DNA of 47,970 nt from Candidatus Woesearchaeota archaeon (GTDB taxonomy: Archaea; Nanobdellota; Nanobdellia; Pacearchaeales; GW2011-AR1): the NCBI GenBank assembly GCA_964621025.1, contig CAZUKQ010000002.1, positions 101,292 through 149,261 of the forward strand, written 5' to 3'. This document shows, piece by piece, positions 27,126 through 36,104 of this stretch; the first letter of the stretch is position 1, and each line of letters opens with the position of its first letter. The notes under the pieces were generated by a model. It had not been told where the DNA came from. It did no database searches and saw only the letters and a list, made by a program, of their open reading frames with translations. The position numbers and the translations under genes were made by a program.

Positions 27126-28196
27126 ATGAAAAAAGAGCTTGGATTTTTGTTCCTTTTTGCATTTGTCGCTTTTAGTTTTGTCTCTGCACAAACTGAAGTT
27201 TACTATTTCTACGGAAATGGTTGCCCACATTGTGCTAATGTTGCGGCTTCAGGTGTCCTTGAAAGAGTGAATGCTTTTGAAAATGTGAGTGTTACAAAAT
27301 ATGAAATTTACTACAATGAAACCTCAAGACAGAAATTCTATGATTTGGCTGCGAAGGTAGGTCTTTCAAAAAATAATATTGGGGTTCCTTTTGCTGTGAT
27401 AAACTGTTCAGGAAAATTATCTTATCTTGCAGGAGACAAACCTATTATCGAAAACTTAGAAAATTATTCCTTGAGTTGTGAGGGAAAAAGTGACTCAGGA
27501 AATGTTTCACCTGAAAATCCAAATGCTAAAACAATAACACTTGGGGGAATTGTTGTAGCTGCTTTAGTTGATTCAATTAATCCTTGTGCTTTTGGTGTTT
27601 TAATTTTTCTGATGATCTCTTTATTGAAAATTGGTTCTTCCAAGCGAGCTTTGCGAGCGGGTTTGATTTATACTTTTGTTGTTTTTGTAACTTACTTTCT
27701 TTCAGGTTTAGGAATTTTCAAAGTTATTCAATCCTTTACTTCAATTACTAGATTTATTTATCTTGGTTCTGGAATTTTGGTTTTAATTTTCGGTGCTTTG
27801 GAACTTGTTGATTTTACACGAAAGGACAAAGAATCTATTTTGAAAATCTCCGGAAAAGTAAAACCTCTAATGGAAAAATTTATTCACCAGGGAACTGTTC
27901 CCGCAATGATAATCTTAGGAATTTTAGTTTCCTTGTTTGAGTTGCCTTGCACTGGTGGAATTTATTTGGCTATTCTGAACCTGATGTCTATAAACAAGAC
28001 TTTCGGAATCCCTTATTTATTATTGTATAACTTTATCTTTGTTTTACCCCTCATTGTTCTAACTTTATTGATTTACAAAGGCACAAATCCTGCGCAATTG
28101 CAAAAATGGACTAACAGTGAGAAGAAATGGATGAAACTTTCGGCAGGTTTGATTTTGGTCGTTTTAGGTGTTTACATTCTATATAGTGCTCTATAA
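27126..28196 (+). CDS. Thioredoxin-like domain fused to a CcdA/DsbD-type membrane thiol:disulfide transporter
   Basis: Signal peptide, GCPHC, then TM core with INPCAFGVL and ELPCTGGIY. TTTATAAA centred 25.5 nt upstream of the ATG at 27126. Confidence 0.8.
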   Translation: MKKELGFLFLFAFVAFSFVSAQTEVYYFYGNGCPHCANVAASGVLERVNAFENVSVTKYEIYYNETSRQKFYDLAAKVGLSKNNIGVPFAVINCSGKLSYLAGDKPIIENLENYSLSCEGKSDSGNVSPENPNAKTITLGGIVVAALVDSINPCAFGVLIFLMISLLKIGSSKRALRAGLIYTFVVFVTYFLSGLGIFKVIQSFTSITRFIYLGSGILVLIFGALELVDFTRKDKESILKISGKVKPLMEKFIHQGTVPAMIILGILVSLFELPCTGGIYLAILNLMSINKTFGIPYLLLYNFIFVLPLIVLTLLIYKGTNPAQLQKWTNSEKKWMKLSAGLILVVLGVYILYSAL

Positions 28197-28230
28197 TTAA
28201 GTATAAAAGCCAACTTTGGCAATCAGTTTT

Positions 28231-28944
28231 ATGGGTATGTTTTCAAATTTTGGTAAAAAAACCCTGTACTATCCGGGTTGTATGTTAAAGGGAGTTTTGA
28301 CTACAGAGCAGGAAAATTACAAGAAAATCTTCAATAAATTAGGAATAGACTTTGTTATGTTGCCTGCTGAAGAAATTTGCTGCGGTTCGCCGGTTTACAA
28401 TGCAGGTTATAAGAAAGATGCGAGAAAGCTAGCGCAACAGATGTTTGATTTACTTAAAGTTAAGAAGATTACGAAGATTTTGACGCCCTGCCCTGGCTGT
28501 TATAACATGTTCAAGAACGAGTATCCTAAACTTTTGAGAGAGTGGGACATTGAAGTTGAGCACGCGACACAGGCTATTTTGAAGAAATTGAAAGAAAAAA
28601 AGCTTGCAAGTTACATTGAGGAAGTTGTGACTTATCATGACCCTTGTCATTTAGGAAGATATTCTGGAATTTATGACGAGCCTAGAGAGATTATAACAAT
28701 TCTTGGTGGCCGACTTAAGGAAATGACTCATAACCGAGAGAACTCGCTTTGTTGCGGCGCTGGTGGTGGATTGAGAGCTAATTTTCCAGAGGTTGCGAAG
28801 AGTATTGCGAAGAAAAGAACAGAAGAAGCACCAAAAGATGCTGAGAAAATTTTGTCTCCATGTGGTTTGTGCCATGCTAATCTTAGTACTGCCGATGGAC
28901 GAAGTGAAGAATTTTCAACATGGGTTTTAGGGAGGTTGGAATGA
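28231..28944 (+). CDS. CCG-domain (cysteine-rich) Fe-S subunit, GlcF/HdrD C-terminal-like
   Basis: Two CCG-type motifs (CCGSPV...PCPGCY and HDPCH...CCGAGGG). Start is ambiguous: TTG 28216, ATG 28231 or ATG 28237. A TATA-like AGTATAAAAG about 25 nt upstream favours 28231. Confidence 0.75.
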   Translation: MGMFSNFGKKTLYYPGCMLKGVLTTEQENYKKIFNKLGIDFVMLPAEEICCGSPVYNAGYKKDARKLAQQMFDLLKVKKITKILTPCPGCYNMFKNEYPKLLREWDIEVEHATQAILKKLKEKKLASYIEEVVTYHDPCHLGRYSGIYDEPREIITILGGRLKEMTHNRENSLCCGAGGGLRANFPEVAKSIAKKRTEEAPKDAEKILSPCGLCHANLSTADGRSEEFSTWVLGRLE

Positions 28945-29342
28945 AAATTGCAATATGTGGAAGTATGAATTTTGGAAAAGAAATGATTGAGTTAAAAACT
29001 AAACTAGAACAAAAAGGCCATAATGTGGTAGTGCCGGAGAATACCGAAAGCTATGCTGATGGAACTTCTTCTGTTGAAGATAAGTGGGAAAAAATAGAAC
29101 TAGACGTTTTCAAAACTTATTTTGAAAAAATAAAAGAACAAAATGCAATCTTAGTAGTTAACAAAGACAAAAATCAAATAGAGAATTATGTTGGAGGGAA
29201 TAGTCTGATAGAAATTGCATTTGCCCATATTCTTGACAAAAAAATATTTTTATTAAACCCTATCCCAAAAATGAGCTATTCTGATGAAATTGAAGCAATG
29301 AAACCAGTTATATTAAACGGAAATTTGGAGTTGATAAAATGA
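28941..29342 (+). CDS. Small Rossmann-like protein, nucleoside 2-deoxyribosyltransferase-like (tentative)
   Basis: MKIAICGSM...VVVPE...NYVGGNSLIEIAFA pattern recalls the NDT/Rcl-like fold. GGAGGT SD upstream of the ATG at 28941. Confidence 0.35.
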   Translation: MKIAICGSMNFGKEMIELKTKLEQKGHNVVVPENTESYADGTSSVEDKWEKIELDVFKTYFEKIKEQNAILVVNKDKNQIENYVGGNSLIEIAFAHILDKKIFLLNPIPKMSYSDEIEAMKPVILNGNLELIK

Positions 29343-30454
29343 AAAAACAAAATTTAAATCAACCTTACGAAACTGACGCGAGCCAGATTAAAGGAATTGC
29401 GACAAAAGTTTTTAATCCAACAACTATCGAAGAAATTGAAACAATTGTGAGAGATCATCCCCATATTTGTATTCGTGGCGGTGGAAGTGGTTTAGTTGGT
29501 GGAGCTGTTCCTCAAAATGAAGTTGTACTAGATTTGTCTAAAATTGACAAGATTGGAGAAATTGATTTGAATCGAAAAACTATTCAGGTTGAAGCAGGTG
29601 TTGTCTTAGACGAATTACAAGATTATCTTTCTCAGTTTAGTTTAGAATTTCCCATTAATCCTTCTTCTCATGCTATTGCAACAATTGGTGGAATGATTGC
29701 GACCGACGCCGTTGGAAGCAGAGCGGTAAAATATGGTCGAACTTCTGAGTGGGTTAATTGGATTGAGATTATTAATTCCAAAGGGGAAATAATTAAAAAA
29801 AGCAAAACTGATTTGAGTGATTATGCAGGTATGGAAGGAATTACTGGTGTAATTGTTCGAGCTTCATTAAGACTATCTCCTAAGAAAGACAGAACTGCGA
29901 CTTTAATTGTGAGTGATGATATTAGAGAAATTCATGATTTGGTTTTGCAACATAAAAGTAATCCTTCGGTTTCTATGATTGAATTTTTGGACAGAAGAAT
30001 TTCCGAGATGATTGGTTTTGAGAGTTTCTATCATTTAATTATTGAATATGAAAGTGATGAAGGGAAGTTACATGGTAGAGCCTATCATGATTTGATGGTA
30101 AAAAGAGATTCTAGCTATCCAATTCTAGCAGAAAAAGAATATACAATAATTGAAGACCCAAAAATTATGTTGGGTAAATTTGAAGATTTGATGGGTTGGT
30201 TCGAACAGAAAAGAATTCCTGTTTTTGGTCATCTTTCCGTGGGTATTTTACATCCATGTTTTAAGAAAGAACAAAAAGAATTAGCACACGAACTTATGAG
30301 ATATGTTCCAAAAATTAGTGGAAAGATTTCAGGTGAACACGGGATTGGTTTAGTGAAAAAAGAATTTGTTGACCTGAACGATAAAAAACTATTAATGAAT
30401 GTTAAAAAGAGAACAGATCCAAGAAATAAATTTAATCAGGGAAAGATTCTATAA
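29339..30454 (+). CDS. FAD-binding oxidoreductase (GlcD / D-lactate dehydrogenase-like)
   Basis: FAD_binding_4-type IRGGGSGLVGGAVP. C-terminal GEHGIGLVKK. Confidence 0.85.
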   Translation: MKKQNLNQPYETDASQIKGIATKVFNPTTIEEIETIVRDHPHICIRGGGSGLVGGAVPQNEVVLDLSKIDKIGEIDLNRKTIQVEAGVVLDELQDYLSQFSLEFPINPSSHAIATIGGMIATDAVGSRAVKYGRTSEWVNWIEIINSKGEIIKKSKTDLSDYAGMEGITGVIVRASLRLSPKKDRTATLIVSDDIREIHDLVLQHKSNPSVSMIEFLDRRISEMIGFESFYHLIIEYESDEGKLHGRAYHDLMVKRDSSYPILAEKEYTIIEDPKIMLGKFEDLMGWFEQKRIPVFGHLSVGILHPCFKKEQKELAHELMRYVPKISGKISGEHGIGLVKKEFVDLNDKKLLMNVKKRTDPRNKFNQGKIL

Positions 30455-31506
30455 TGGTATCGGTTAACTACAAACAAGCAAGAGAATTTTTAGAAGGAAT
30501 AAATTCTAAAGATAGAGTTGCTATTTATACCCACATAGATTTAGATGGTTTGGCTTCTGGAATTTTATTTGAGAATTTTTGTAAAAAGAAAAAATGTAAA
30601 GGTGTTGAAGTTTTCTTTTTGAATTATGGAATTTCAAGAATTGCAGATTGTAATCCTCAAAATTTTAATAAATTTTTAATTGCAGATTTAGCTCCTTCTG
30701 CGGTAGCAAGTGATTTACTTCTTCTTAAACATGGAGAGACTCTTTATACTGATCATCACCAGATTGACCCAGCACATCCAATAAAAGCAAGTGTATTGGA
30801 ATTGCGAACTATCTCTGAAGGATACATTCCTTCTAGTAGAACTGTTTATGAATTAACTGAAAAAGAAAATCAAAAAAAATTATGGCTTGCTACATTAGGT
30901 GTTTTTGGTGATGCGGGTTACAACTATTCTGAAAATAATGAATTTTTGGAAAAAGCTTACAAGACCTTAGGGATTACAAAAGATCAAATGATAGAATTTA
31001 CAAAGAAGTTTGGAGATGTTTTAGTTTTCTTCTCGCCGGAATTAAATAAAGCTCATGAAAAATTAAGTTCAATAAAAAGATTAGAGGAAATAGGCAAACT
31101 CGAACAATTTTTTCAACCGATAGAACACGAAATGAAAAGTTTGATTAGAGACTATGAAAATAAAAGAGAAATCAGTGACGAAAAAGTCTTTTACATGTTT
31201 GATACACAATATCCCGCAATAAAATCTCCTTTCATCAATAGAATTTCTTCTACAAATGGTTTGAAAGTTTTTGTTTTTGCTAATTTAAAAAAAGACAAAG
31301 TTCTCTCTTTGTCTGCAAGGAATCAGGCAAAATTGTACGATGTGACCAAGATTCTTACCGACTGTGTTAGTGGTTTAAGAGAAGGAACATCTGGAGGACA
31401 TAGTTTTGCAGCAGGAGGGAGCGTAAGTTTGGAAGATTTGGATGAATTTAAAAAAAGATTTATGCAATATGATTTAGAAAAGGCGAGGATAAAACATGAC
31501 AAATAA
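30454..31506 (+). CDS. DHH/DHHA1-family phosphoesterase
   Basis: HIDLDGLASG (motif I), TDHHQ (DHH), GGHSFAAGG (DHHA1). Confidence 0.85.
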   Translation: MVSVNYKQAREFLEGINSKDRVAIYTHIDLDGLASGILFENFCKKKKCKGVEVFFLNYGISRIADCNPQNFNKFLIADLAPSAVASDLLLLKHGETLYTDHHQIDPAHPIKASVLELRTISEGYIPSSRTVYELTEKENQKKLWLATLGVFGDAGYNYSENNEFLEKAYKTLGITKDQMIEFTKKFGDVLVFFSPELNKAHEKLSSIKRLEEIGKLEQFFQPIEHEMKSLIRDYENKREISDEKVFYMFDTQYPAIKSPFINRISSTNGLKVFVFANLKKDKVLSLSARNQAKLYDVTKILTDCVSGLREGTSGGHSFAAGGSVSLEDLDEFKKRFMQYDLEKARIKHDK

Positions 31507-31894
31507 AAATGAACAAGATAAGATAGAGGCGAAAAATGCTATTGAGAATGCTAAACAAGTTTTAGAGAAATGTATACGGTGTGGAATGTGTAAGTCTCTT
31601 TGTCCCGTTTTCAAAGTTCTAAAAGAAGAAACTGTCTCTCCAAGAGGGCATTCTATTTTGATTAATGATAATATTTTCGAAGAAACTTTATTCAATTGTA
31701 CTCTTTGTAAGGCTTGTGAACAGAAATGTCCTTTGAATTTGAAAATTTGCGACTCGGTTAGAAGTGGGCGAGAAGCTTTGAGTTTGAAGAACAAAAATCT
31801 TAAGTCCAATGAGGAAATGATTAAGAATGTTAGAAAGACCGGAAATCCTTTTGGTGATGGACCTATCGAGAAGGATAAGTTGTATTGCTGCTGA
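31496..31894 (+). CDS. 4Fe-4S dicluster protein (GlcF/HdrD N-terminal-like)
   Basis: CIRCGMCKSLCP and CTLCKACEQKCP. Confidence 0.8.
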   Translation: MTNKNEQDKIEAKNAIENAKQVLEKCIRCGMCKSLCPVFKVLKEETVSPRGHSILINDNIFEETLFNCTLCKACEQKCPLNLKICDSVRSGREALSLKNKNLKSNEEMIKNVRKTGNPFGDGPIEKDKLYCC

Positions 31895-31959
31895 TTTGTT
31901 GTATCTTAATAGGAGTTACAAATAGAAAGATTTAAATACTCTTTTTTTCTATATTGTTT

Positions 31960-32241
31960 ATGACAAATAAAAAATTCATTGCAGGTGTTGTAGGTTTAGC
32001 TGCTCTTTTAACAGCTTCTGAGTATGTAAGAAAACCGGTAGAATTCACTGATACTCTTAGAAGTTACGCTATTGAAAAAACTGATGCAACATACGGATTA
32101 AATTTTGCAAGTAATTATGTTGCTAGTGCAACTCTAAAAGATATAAGTGGTAAAAATCTTGAAACGAAAAATGTTTATCATGTCAAAGGTTATGAGAATT
32201 TTTGGGGAAATCACGCAACTTCTGTAGAGAGGATTAACTAA
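31960..32241 (+). CDS. Small membrane-anchored/secreted protein (93 aa)
   Basis: N-terminal hydrophobic FIAGVVGLAALLTA. TTTAAATA centred 25.5 nt upstream of the ATG at 31960; the track start at 31954 is TTG. Confidence 0.5.
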   Translation: MTNKKFIAGVVGLAALLTASEYVRKPVEFTDTLRSYAIEKTDATYGLNFASNYVASATLKDISGKNLETKNVYHVKGYENFWGNHATSVERIN

Positions 32242-32242
32242 G

Positions 32243-32446
32243 ATGGTTTATATTGATGGAAAAGGAAAATCTGTAAATGATGAAGACGCAGAGATATCTG
32301 ATGAGGCGGAATTAAGAAATGTTTATCGTCTTTTGAACCCATTACAAAAAGGACAACAACCTTCAAAGGAATACTTACGAAATGAAGAAAATTTTGTTTT
32401 GGCAGGTATTGAAGAGTTAGTTATGCGAGACGGAATTGGAAACTAA
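32243..32446 (+). CDS. Small acidic cytoplasmic protein (67 aa)
   Basis: ATG 2 nt after the upstream stop. No recognisable motif. Confidence 0.45.
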   Translation: MVYIDGKGKSVNDEDAEISDEAELRNVYRLLNPLQKGQQPSKEYLRNEENFVLAGIEELVMRDGIGN

Positions 32447-32447
32447 A

Positions 32448-32690
32448 ATGGGAAAAACACTACAAGCAGTTCTTGCAGGATTAATCTTGACCGCTGGCAG
32501 TGTAGGGCTCATAAAATCTTGTGTAGATAATTATTATCAAAGTTTACCGGGTGTTGTTTACTTTGTTGATGGAAAAGAAGTTCTTGAAAGAAGATTTAAA
32601 ACTAATGAAGAACTGAAGGCCTATACTGAATCTGAAGAAGGAAAAGCAGAGGCTAAATTCTATTTAGAACAAAATAAACTAAAAAGATGA
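32448..32690 (+). CDS. Small membrane-anchored protein (80 aa)
   Basis: ATG 2 nt after the upstream stop (the track start at 32436 is TTG). N-terminal TM LQAVLAGLILTAGSVGLI. Confidence 0.5.
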   Translation: MGKTLQAVLAGLILTAGSVGLIKSCVDNYYQSLPGVVYFVDGKEVLERRFKTNEELKAYTESEEGKAEAKFYLEQNKLKR

Positions 32691-33112
32691 CAAATAAATT
32701 TATGAAAAATACTGCGAGAGGAATTTTAATTGGAGGATTAGCTGTTAGTTTGTTAACTGGCTGTAAAAGAGAAACACGAACTGAATTATCTGAAGTACTC
32801 CATGAAGACGCTGTTGTTACTTCTCGTGATTATACTTCTCGTTGGGTTCAGATTTTACCTTGTGGGAAGACAATTATACCAATAACTCATCCAGAATCAT
32901 ATAGTATCTCTTTTGATGGAAAAATAGATTTTGACTCTAGTGACGAGGAAGTTTATAGTAGATTTAAAGAAGGAGATACCGCAGATGTTTCCTACAGAGA
33001 AGTCTACAAACTAATTTTTGAAGATTTAGACAAAGACGGAAAGAAAGAACAAATTGGAAGAGTGTTTGATGGATACGAATTCGAAGACGCTTGTCCCAAA
33101 CAACAAAAATAA
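32687..33112 (+). CDS. Putative lipoprotein (141 aa)
   Basis: ATGA overlap with the upstream stop. Signal peptide with lipobox-like LLTGC. Confidence 0.55.
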   Translation: MTNKFMKNTARGILIGGLAVSLLTGCKRETRTELSEVLHEDAVVTSRDYTSRWVQILPCGKTIIPITHPESYSISFDGKIDFDSSDEEVYSRFKEGDTADVSYREVYKLIFEDLDKDGKKEQIGRVFDGYEFEDACPKQQK

Positions 33113-33223
33113 TTCTTGATTGAAAAGCTTTATAAAGCCGTTTTTCACACTACTATTACTCTTAAAAAGAATCTTTATGGAGAAATGCCCTGAAGAGAGT
33201 TTTTTTCTAAGAGTTATATAAAT

Positions 33224-33484
33224 ATGGTAAAAGGAATAGTAATACAGTTCAGAAGAGGAAGAAAAACTTATACTCCTAGACACTTCATTATTGAAATTCC
33301 TGGTTCTGACTCCAAAGAAAAAGCTGCAAAGTTCGTCGGAAAGGAAATTACTTGGGCTTCTCCTGCAAAAAAAATTATCACTGGTAAAATCGCTGCTCCA
33401 CACGGAAACAAAGGAAATGTAAGAGCAATATTTGAAGTTGGTTTACCTGGTCAATCTATCGGAACTGAGGTGGAGGTAAAATAA
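33224..33484 (+). CDS. rpl35ae: Ribosomal protein eL33 (L35Ae)
   Basis: MVKGIVIQFRRGRKT...HGNKGNVRAIF is typical of L35Ae. Confidence 0.9.
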   Translation: MVKGIVIQFRRGRKTYTPRHFIIEIPGSDSKEKAAKFVGKEITWASPAKKIITGKIAAPHGNKGNVRAIFEVGLPGQSIGTEVEVK

Positions 33485-33485
33485 G

Positions 33486-34022
33486 ATGGCATTAAGAAAA
33501 GCTGGTGCGTATTCTAAGAAACATGCAGTTCCTTTCACAAGAGCTTCTAAAGTTAAAAGTAAATCTTACATCAAAACTGTTCCAGTATCCAAAGTTACAA
33601 AGTACAGAATGGGCGACCTTGTTGGATTCAAAGAAGGAAAATATAAAATTCTTTTAGAAGTAAAATCAAAAGACAATGTTCAAATGAGAGACAATGCAAT
33701 CGAAGCTTCAAGACAGTTCTTAAACAGATTTTTATTGGAACTAATTGGAAAAGATTATTATTTAGAAGTTAGACCATATCCACATCACATGTTAAGAGAG
33801 AATAAAATGTTGACCGGTGCAGGTGCAGACCGTATGCAGACCGGTATGGCTTTGTCTTTTGGTAAAACAATGGGAAGAGCAGCTATGGTAAAGAAAGGCC
33901 AAACTATTTTAATCGTCGGTGTTAAAGATGTAAAAGCAGAAGGGGTCGCTAGAAAGTTAGTTAATTCTGTAAAGTCAAGATTGCCTTGTTCAATTCATGT
34001 TGACACAATAAGAACTGCTTAA
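33486..34022 (+). CDS. rpl10e: Ribosomal protein uL16 (L10e)
   Basis: MALRKAGAYSKK...GADRMQTGM is typical of L10e. Starts 2 nt after the rpl35ae stop. Confidence 0.9.
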   Translation: MALRKAGAYSKKHAVPFTRASKVKSKSYIKTVPVSKVTKYRMGDLVGFKEGKYKILLEVKSKDNVQMRDNAIEASRQFLNRFLLELIGKDYYLEVRPYPHHMLRENKMLTGAGADRMQTGMALSFGKTMGRAAMVKKGQTILIVGVKDVKAEGVARKLVNSVKSRLPCSIHVDTIRTA

Positions 34023-34079
34023 TTATTCTTTTGATTACAATATAGCAAATTTTTTATACTTGATTCAGTTTTTTTGATT

Positions 34080-34886
34080 ATGATAAATTTTACACAACCA
34101 GGAATTTCTAAGAAAGAGTTTGATTACTTTATGTCACAATATCGGGGAGCAGAATATTTTGCCGCGATTAAGGCAGGCGGTGAATGTTTAACTCCAAGTT
34201 TATTTGACGCTTTGAAAGGTTTGTATGAATCAAGTTTATTACCTCTTCTGGTCCATGGTGGTGGTAGCCAAATAGATTCTGCTTTGAAAGAAAAAGGAAT
34301 TATTTCTGAAAAAATTGAAGGTATGCGAGTAACAGACCAAAAAACTCTTGAGGTAGTGGTTTCTACTTTGACTGAAGTTAATAGCAAATTAGTTTCTGAA
34401 ATGAATGAGCGAAAAGTTAGTGCGAAAGGTTTGAATGGAATTTTTTATGTCGATAAACCTCATGAAGTTTATGGTTTCACTGGGAATGTAACGGGGATGG
34501 ATCGTAAGGCAGTAGATCATTGTGTAAGGGCTAGACAAATGCCTATTATGTCTTCTCTAGGAAAAGATAAATCTGGCCAGAATTATAATCCTAATGCTGA
34601 TTCAGCTTTCAAATATTTAGTTTCGCAATTGAATCCTAAAAAAGTTATTTTCTTGACGCCAACCGGCGGAGTTTTCAAAGAAGATAAACTTATTTCCTAC
34701 ATGAGACGAAAAGAATTGAAGGATTTCATTGCTTCTGATTTTGTTAACGGCGGAATGAAACTTAAACTACAAGAAGCGGAAGCGTTAATTAGTTTAGGGC
34801 ATGATGTACAAATCACTAGTCCTGAAAATTTGATTAAAGAATTATTTTCTGAAACTGGGTGTGGAACCTACTTGTGTAATAAGTAA
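34080..34886 (+). CDS. Amino-acid-kinase family protein, N-acetylglutamate kinase-like
   Basis: LVHGGGSQIDSALKEKGI and GMRVTDQKTLEVV resemble ArgB. ATG at 34080; the track start at 34074 is TTG. Confidence 0.6.
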   Translation: MINFTQPGISKKEFDYFMSQYRGAEYFAAIKAGGECLTPSLFDALKGLYESSLLPLLVHGGGSQIDSALKEKGIISEKIEGMRVTDQKTLEVVVSTLTEVNSKLVSEMNERKVSAKGLNGIFYVDKPHEVYGFTGNVTGMDRKAVDHCVRARQMPIMSSLGKDKSGQNYNPNADSAFKYLVSQLNPKKVIFLTPTGGVFKEDKLISYMRRKELKDFIASDFVNGGMKLKLQEAEALISLGHDVQITSPENLIKELFSETGCGTYLCNK

Positions 34887-35792
34887 CTATAAATTCTTCA
34901 TCAATGTAAGTTGACTTAGGTCTGCAGCATCTTCAACAATTTTTACTGCATGTCTTACAAATCTTGCCGTATGAACATCTGTTTTTAATAGAAGTAATGA
35001 TTTTGCTCTAACAGTTTCCCTTGTGGAATAAACTTTTTCAACAGAAGCTGGTTTAAATTGATAGTAAAAATCAAACGCATCTGCAAGTCCTTTGTTAGAG
35101 AGTTCAACTAATTCCTTCAATGCAGGAGTTTTTTTTACGTCGTATTTGATATTTGTTCTCCATAATCTATGAATTTCATCGCCTAGTTTTTCTAAACAAA
35201 AAGAATAGGCAAATAAAACTCTTCCGTTTATTGGATCTGGATAGGACATCTTACTTATTGCTCTTTCTAAATATAAACAAAATTTATTTATTTCTGAGTC
35301 TCTTGAATCTACACCTTGAATGTTTTCCTTCTCTTTTCCAAATATGTCTTTAATTGCAGAGTCATAAAAAAGTAAAATCATCTGGAAAACTCTCTTGAAT
35401 ATTTCGTCAAGGTCTGAGTAATTCCCTCCGCCCATGTCTTTGATGATGTACTTATCCTCTGACTGAGAGACCAAAGCAAAACCTATTGTGTCTCTTAAAC
35501 AACGAACTAGTTCACCAGAAATATCTTCTTTAGAGATTAACTCTAACTCATCAATACCTTTTGCATAGATGGCTTGGACTAAACGGGTGATTGTTCTCAT
35601 TTGTAGACCTTCTACGTTGATGGTTTCCTTTTTTATTTCAACTTTACCCCTATTAGAGATTACTAAAGATTTATCTGCCAAACTTACTTCTACCTCTGAG
35701 TTTTTACCAATATTGTTTTGTCTTACCCATTCTATTGGAAGAGTAATTGTGTATGCTTGGTTAGCTTGTTGAATTATTTTTCTTTTTACCAT
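34887..35792 (-). CDS. AbrB/SpoVT-like DNA-binding domain fused to PhoU-like domains (archaeal phosphate uptake regulator-type)
   Basis: The N-terminus KIIQQANQAYTITLPIEWVRQNNIGKNSEVEV is the AbrB-like swapped hairpin. The helical remainder is the length of tandem PhoU repeats. Confidence 0.65.
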   Translation of the reverse strand: MVKRKIIQQANQAYTITLPIEWVRQNNIGKNSEVEVSLADKSLVISNRGKVEIKKETINVEGLQMRTITRLVQAIYAKGIDELELISKEDISGELVRCLRDTIGFALVSQSEDKYIIKDMGGGNYSDLDEIFKRVFQMILLFYDSAIKDIFGKEKENIQGVDSRDSEINKFCLYLERAISKMSYPDPINGRVLFAYSFCLEKLGDEIHRLWRTNIKYDVKKTPALKELVELSNKGLADAFDFYYQFKPASVEKVYSTRETVRAKSLLLLKTDVHTARFVRHAVKIVEDAADLSQLTLMKNL

Positions 35793-35854
35793 ATTATATT
35801 ATTTATATCAATTATATAAGAAGTATATAAATATTTCTGTGGTGTTTATACAGT

Positions 35855-36103
35855 ATGACAACACAACAAGAGATCAGAAACTGGTTAGAAAAACCTAGAG
35901 AAAAGAAAGCGACTCACATGCTCGTAGTTTGTGACAGCTTTAGTCATGAAGACTACCCGGTTTATGTAACAAGAAAACAAGATGTTAGAGAAATTTTTAG
36001 AGAATACGATGGGAAAAATATGCAAAGAGTCATGGAAGTATATTCATTCAAGAAAGACCTTGAAACTCAACTAAATGAAATGAGGGCGTTTCACTTAGAT
36101 TAA
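35855..36103 (+). CDS. Hypothetical protein (82 aa)
   Basis: ORF with TATATAAA upstream. Its stop lies 1 nt before the PHP gene ATG. Confidence 0.45.
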   Translation: MTTQQEIRNWLEKPREKKATHMLVVCDSFSHEDYPVYVTRKQDVREIFREYDGKNMQRVMEVYSFKKDLETQLNEMRAFHLD

Positions 36104-36104
36104 T

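Noticed and set aside
31474-31809. 111-aa minus-strand ORF
   Set aside because: It is antisense to the 4Fe-4S dicluster gene, whose two CxxCxxCxxxCP motifs validate the plus frame.
33176-33220. 14-codon upstream ORF (MEKCPEESFFLRVI) before rpl35ae
   Set aside because: It is very short with no SD or fixed TATA spacing. More likely it is a chance ATG within the rpl35ae leader.
33026-33403. 125-aa minus-strand ORF spanning the lipoprotein 3' end and rpl35ae
   Set aside because: It is antisense to a clearly conserved ribosomal protein gene and has low-complexity Ser/Phe-rich content.
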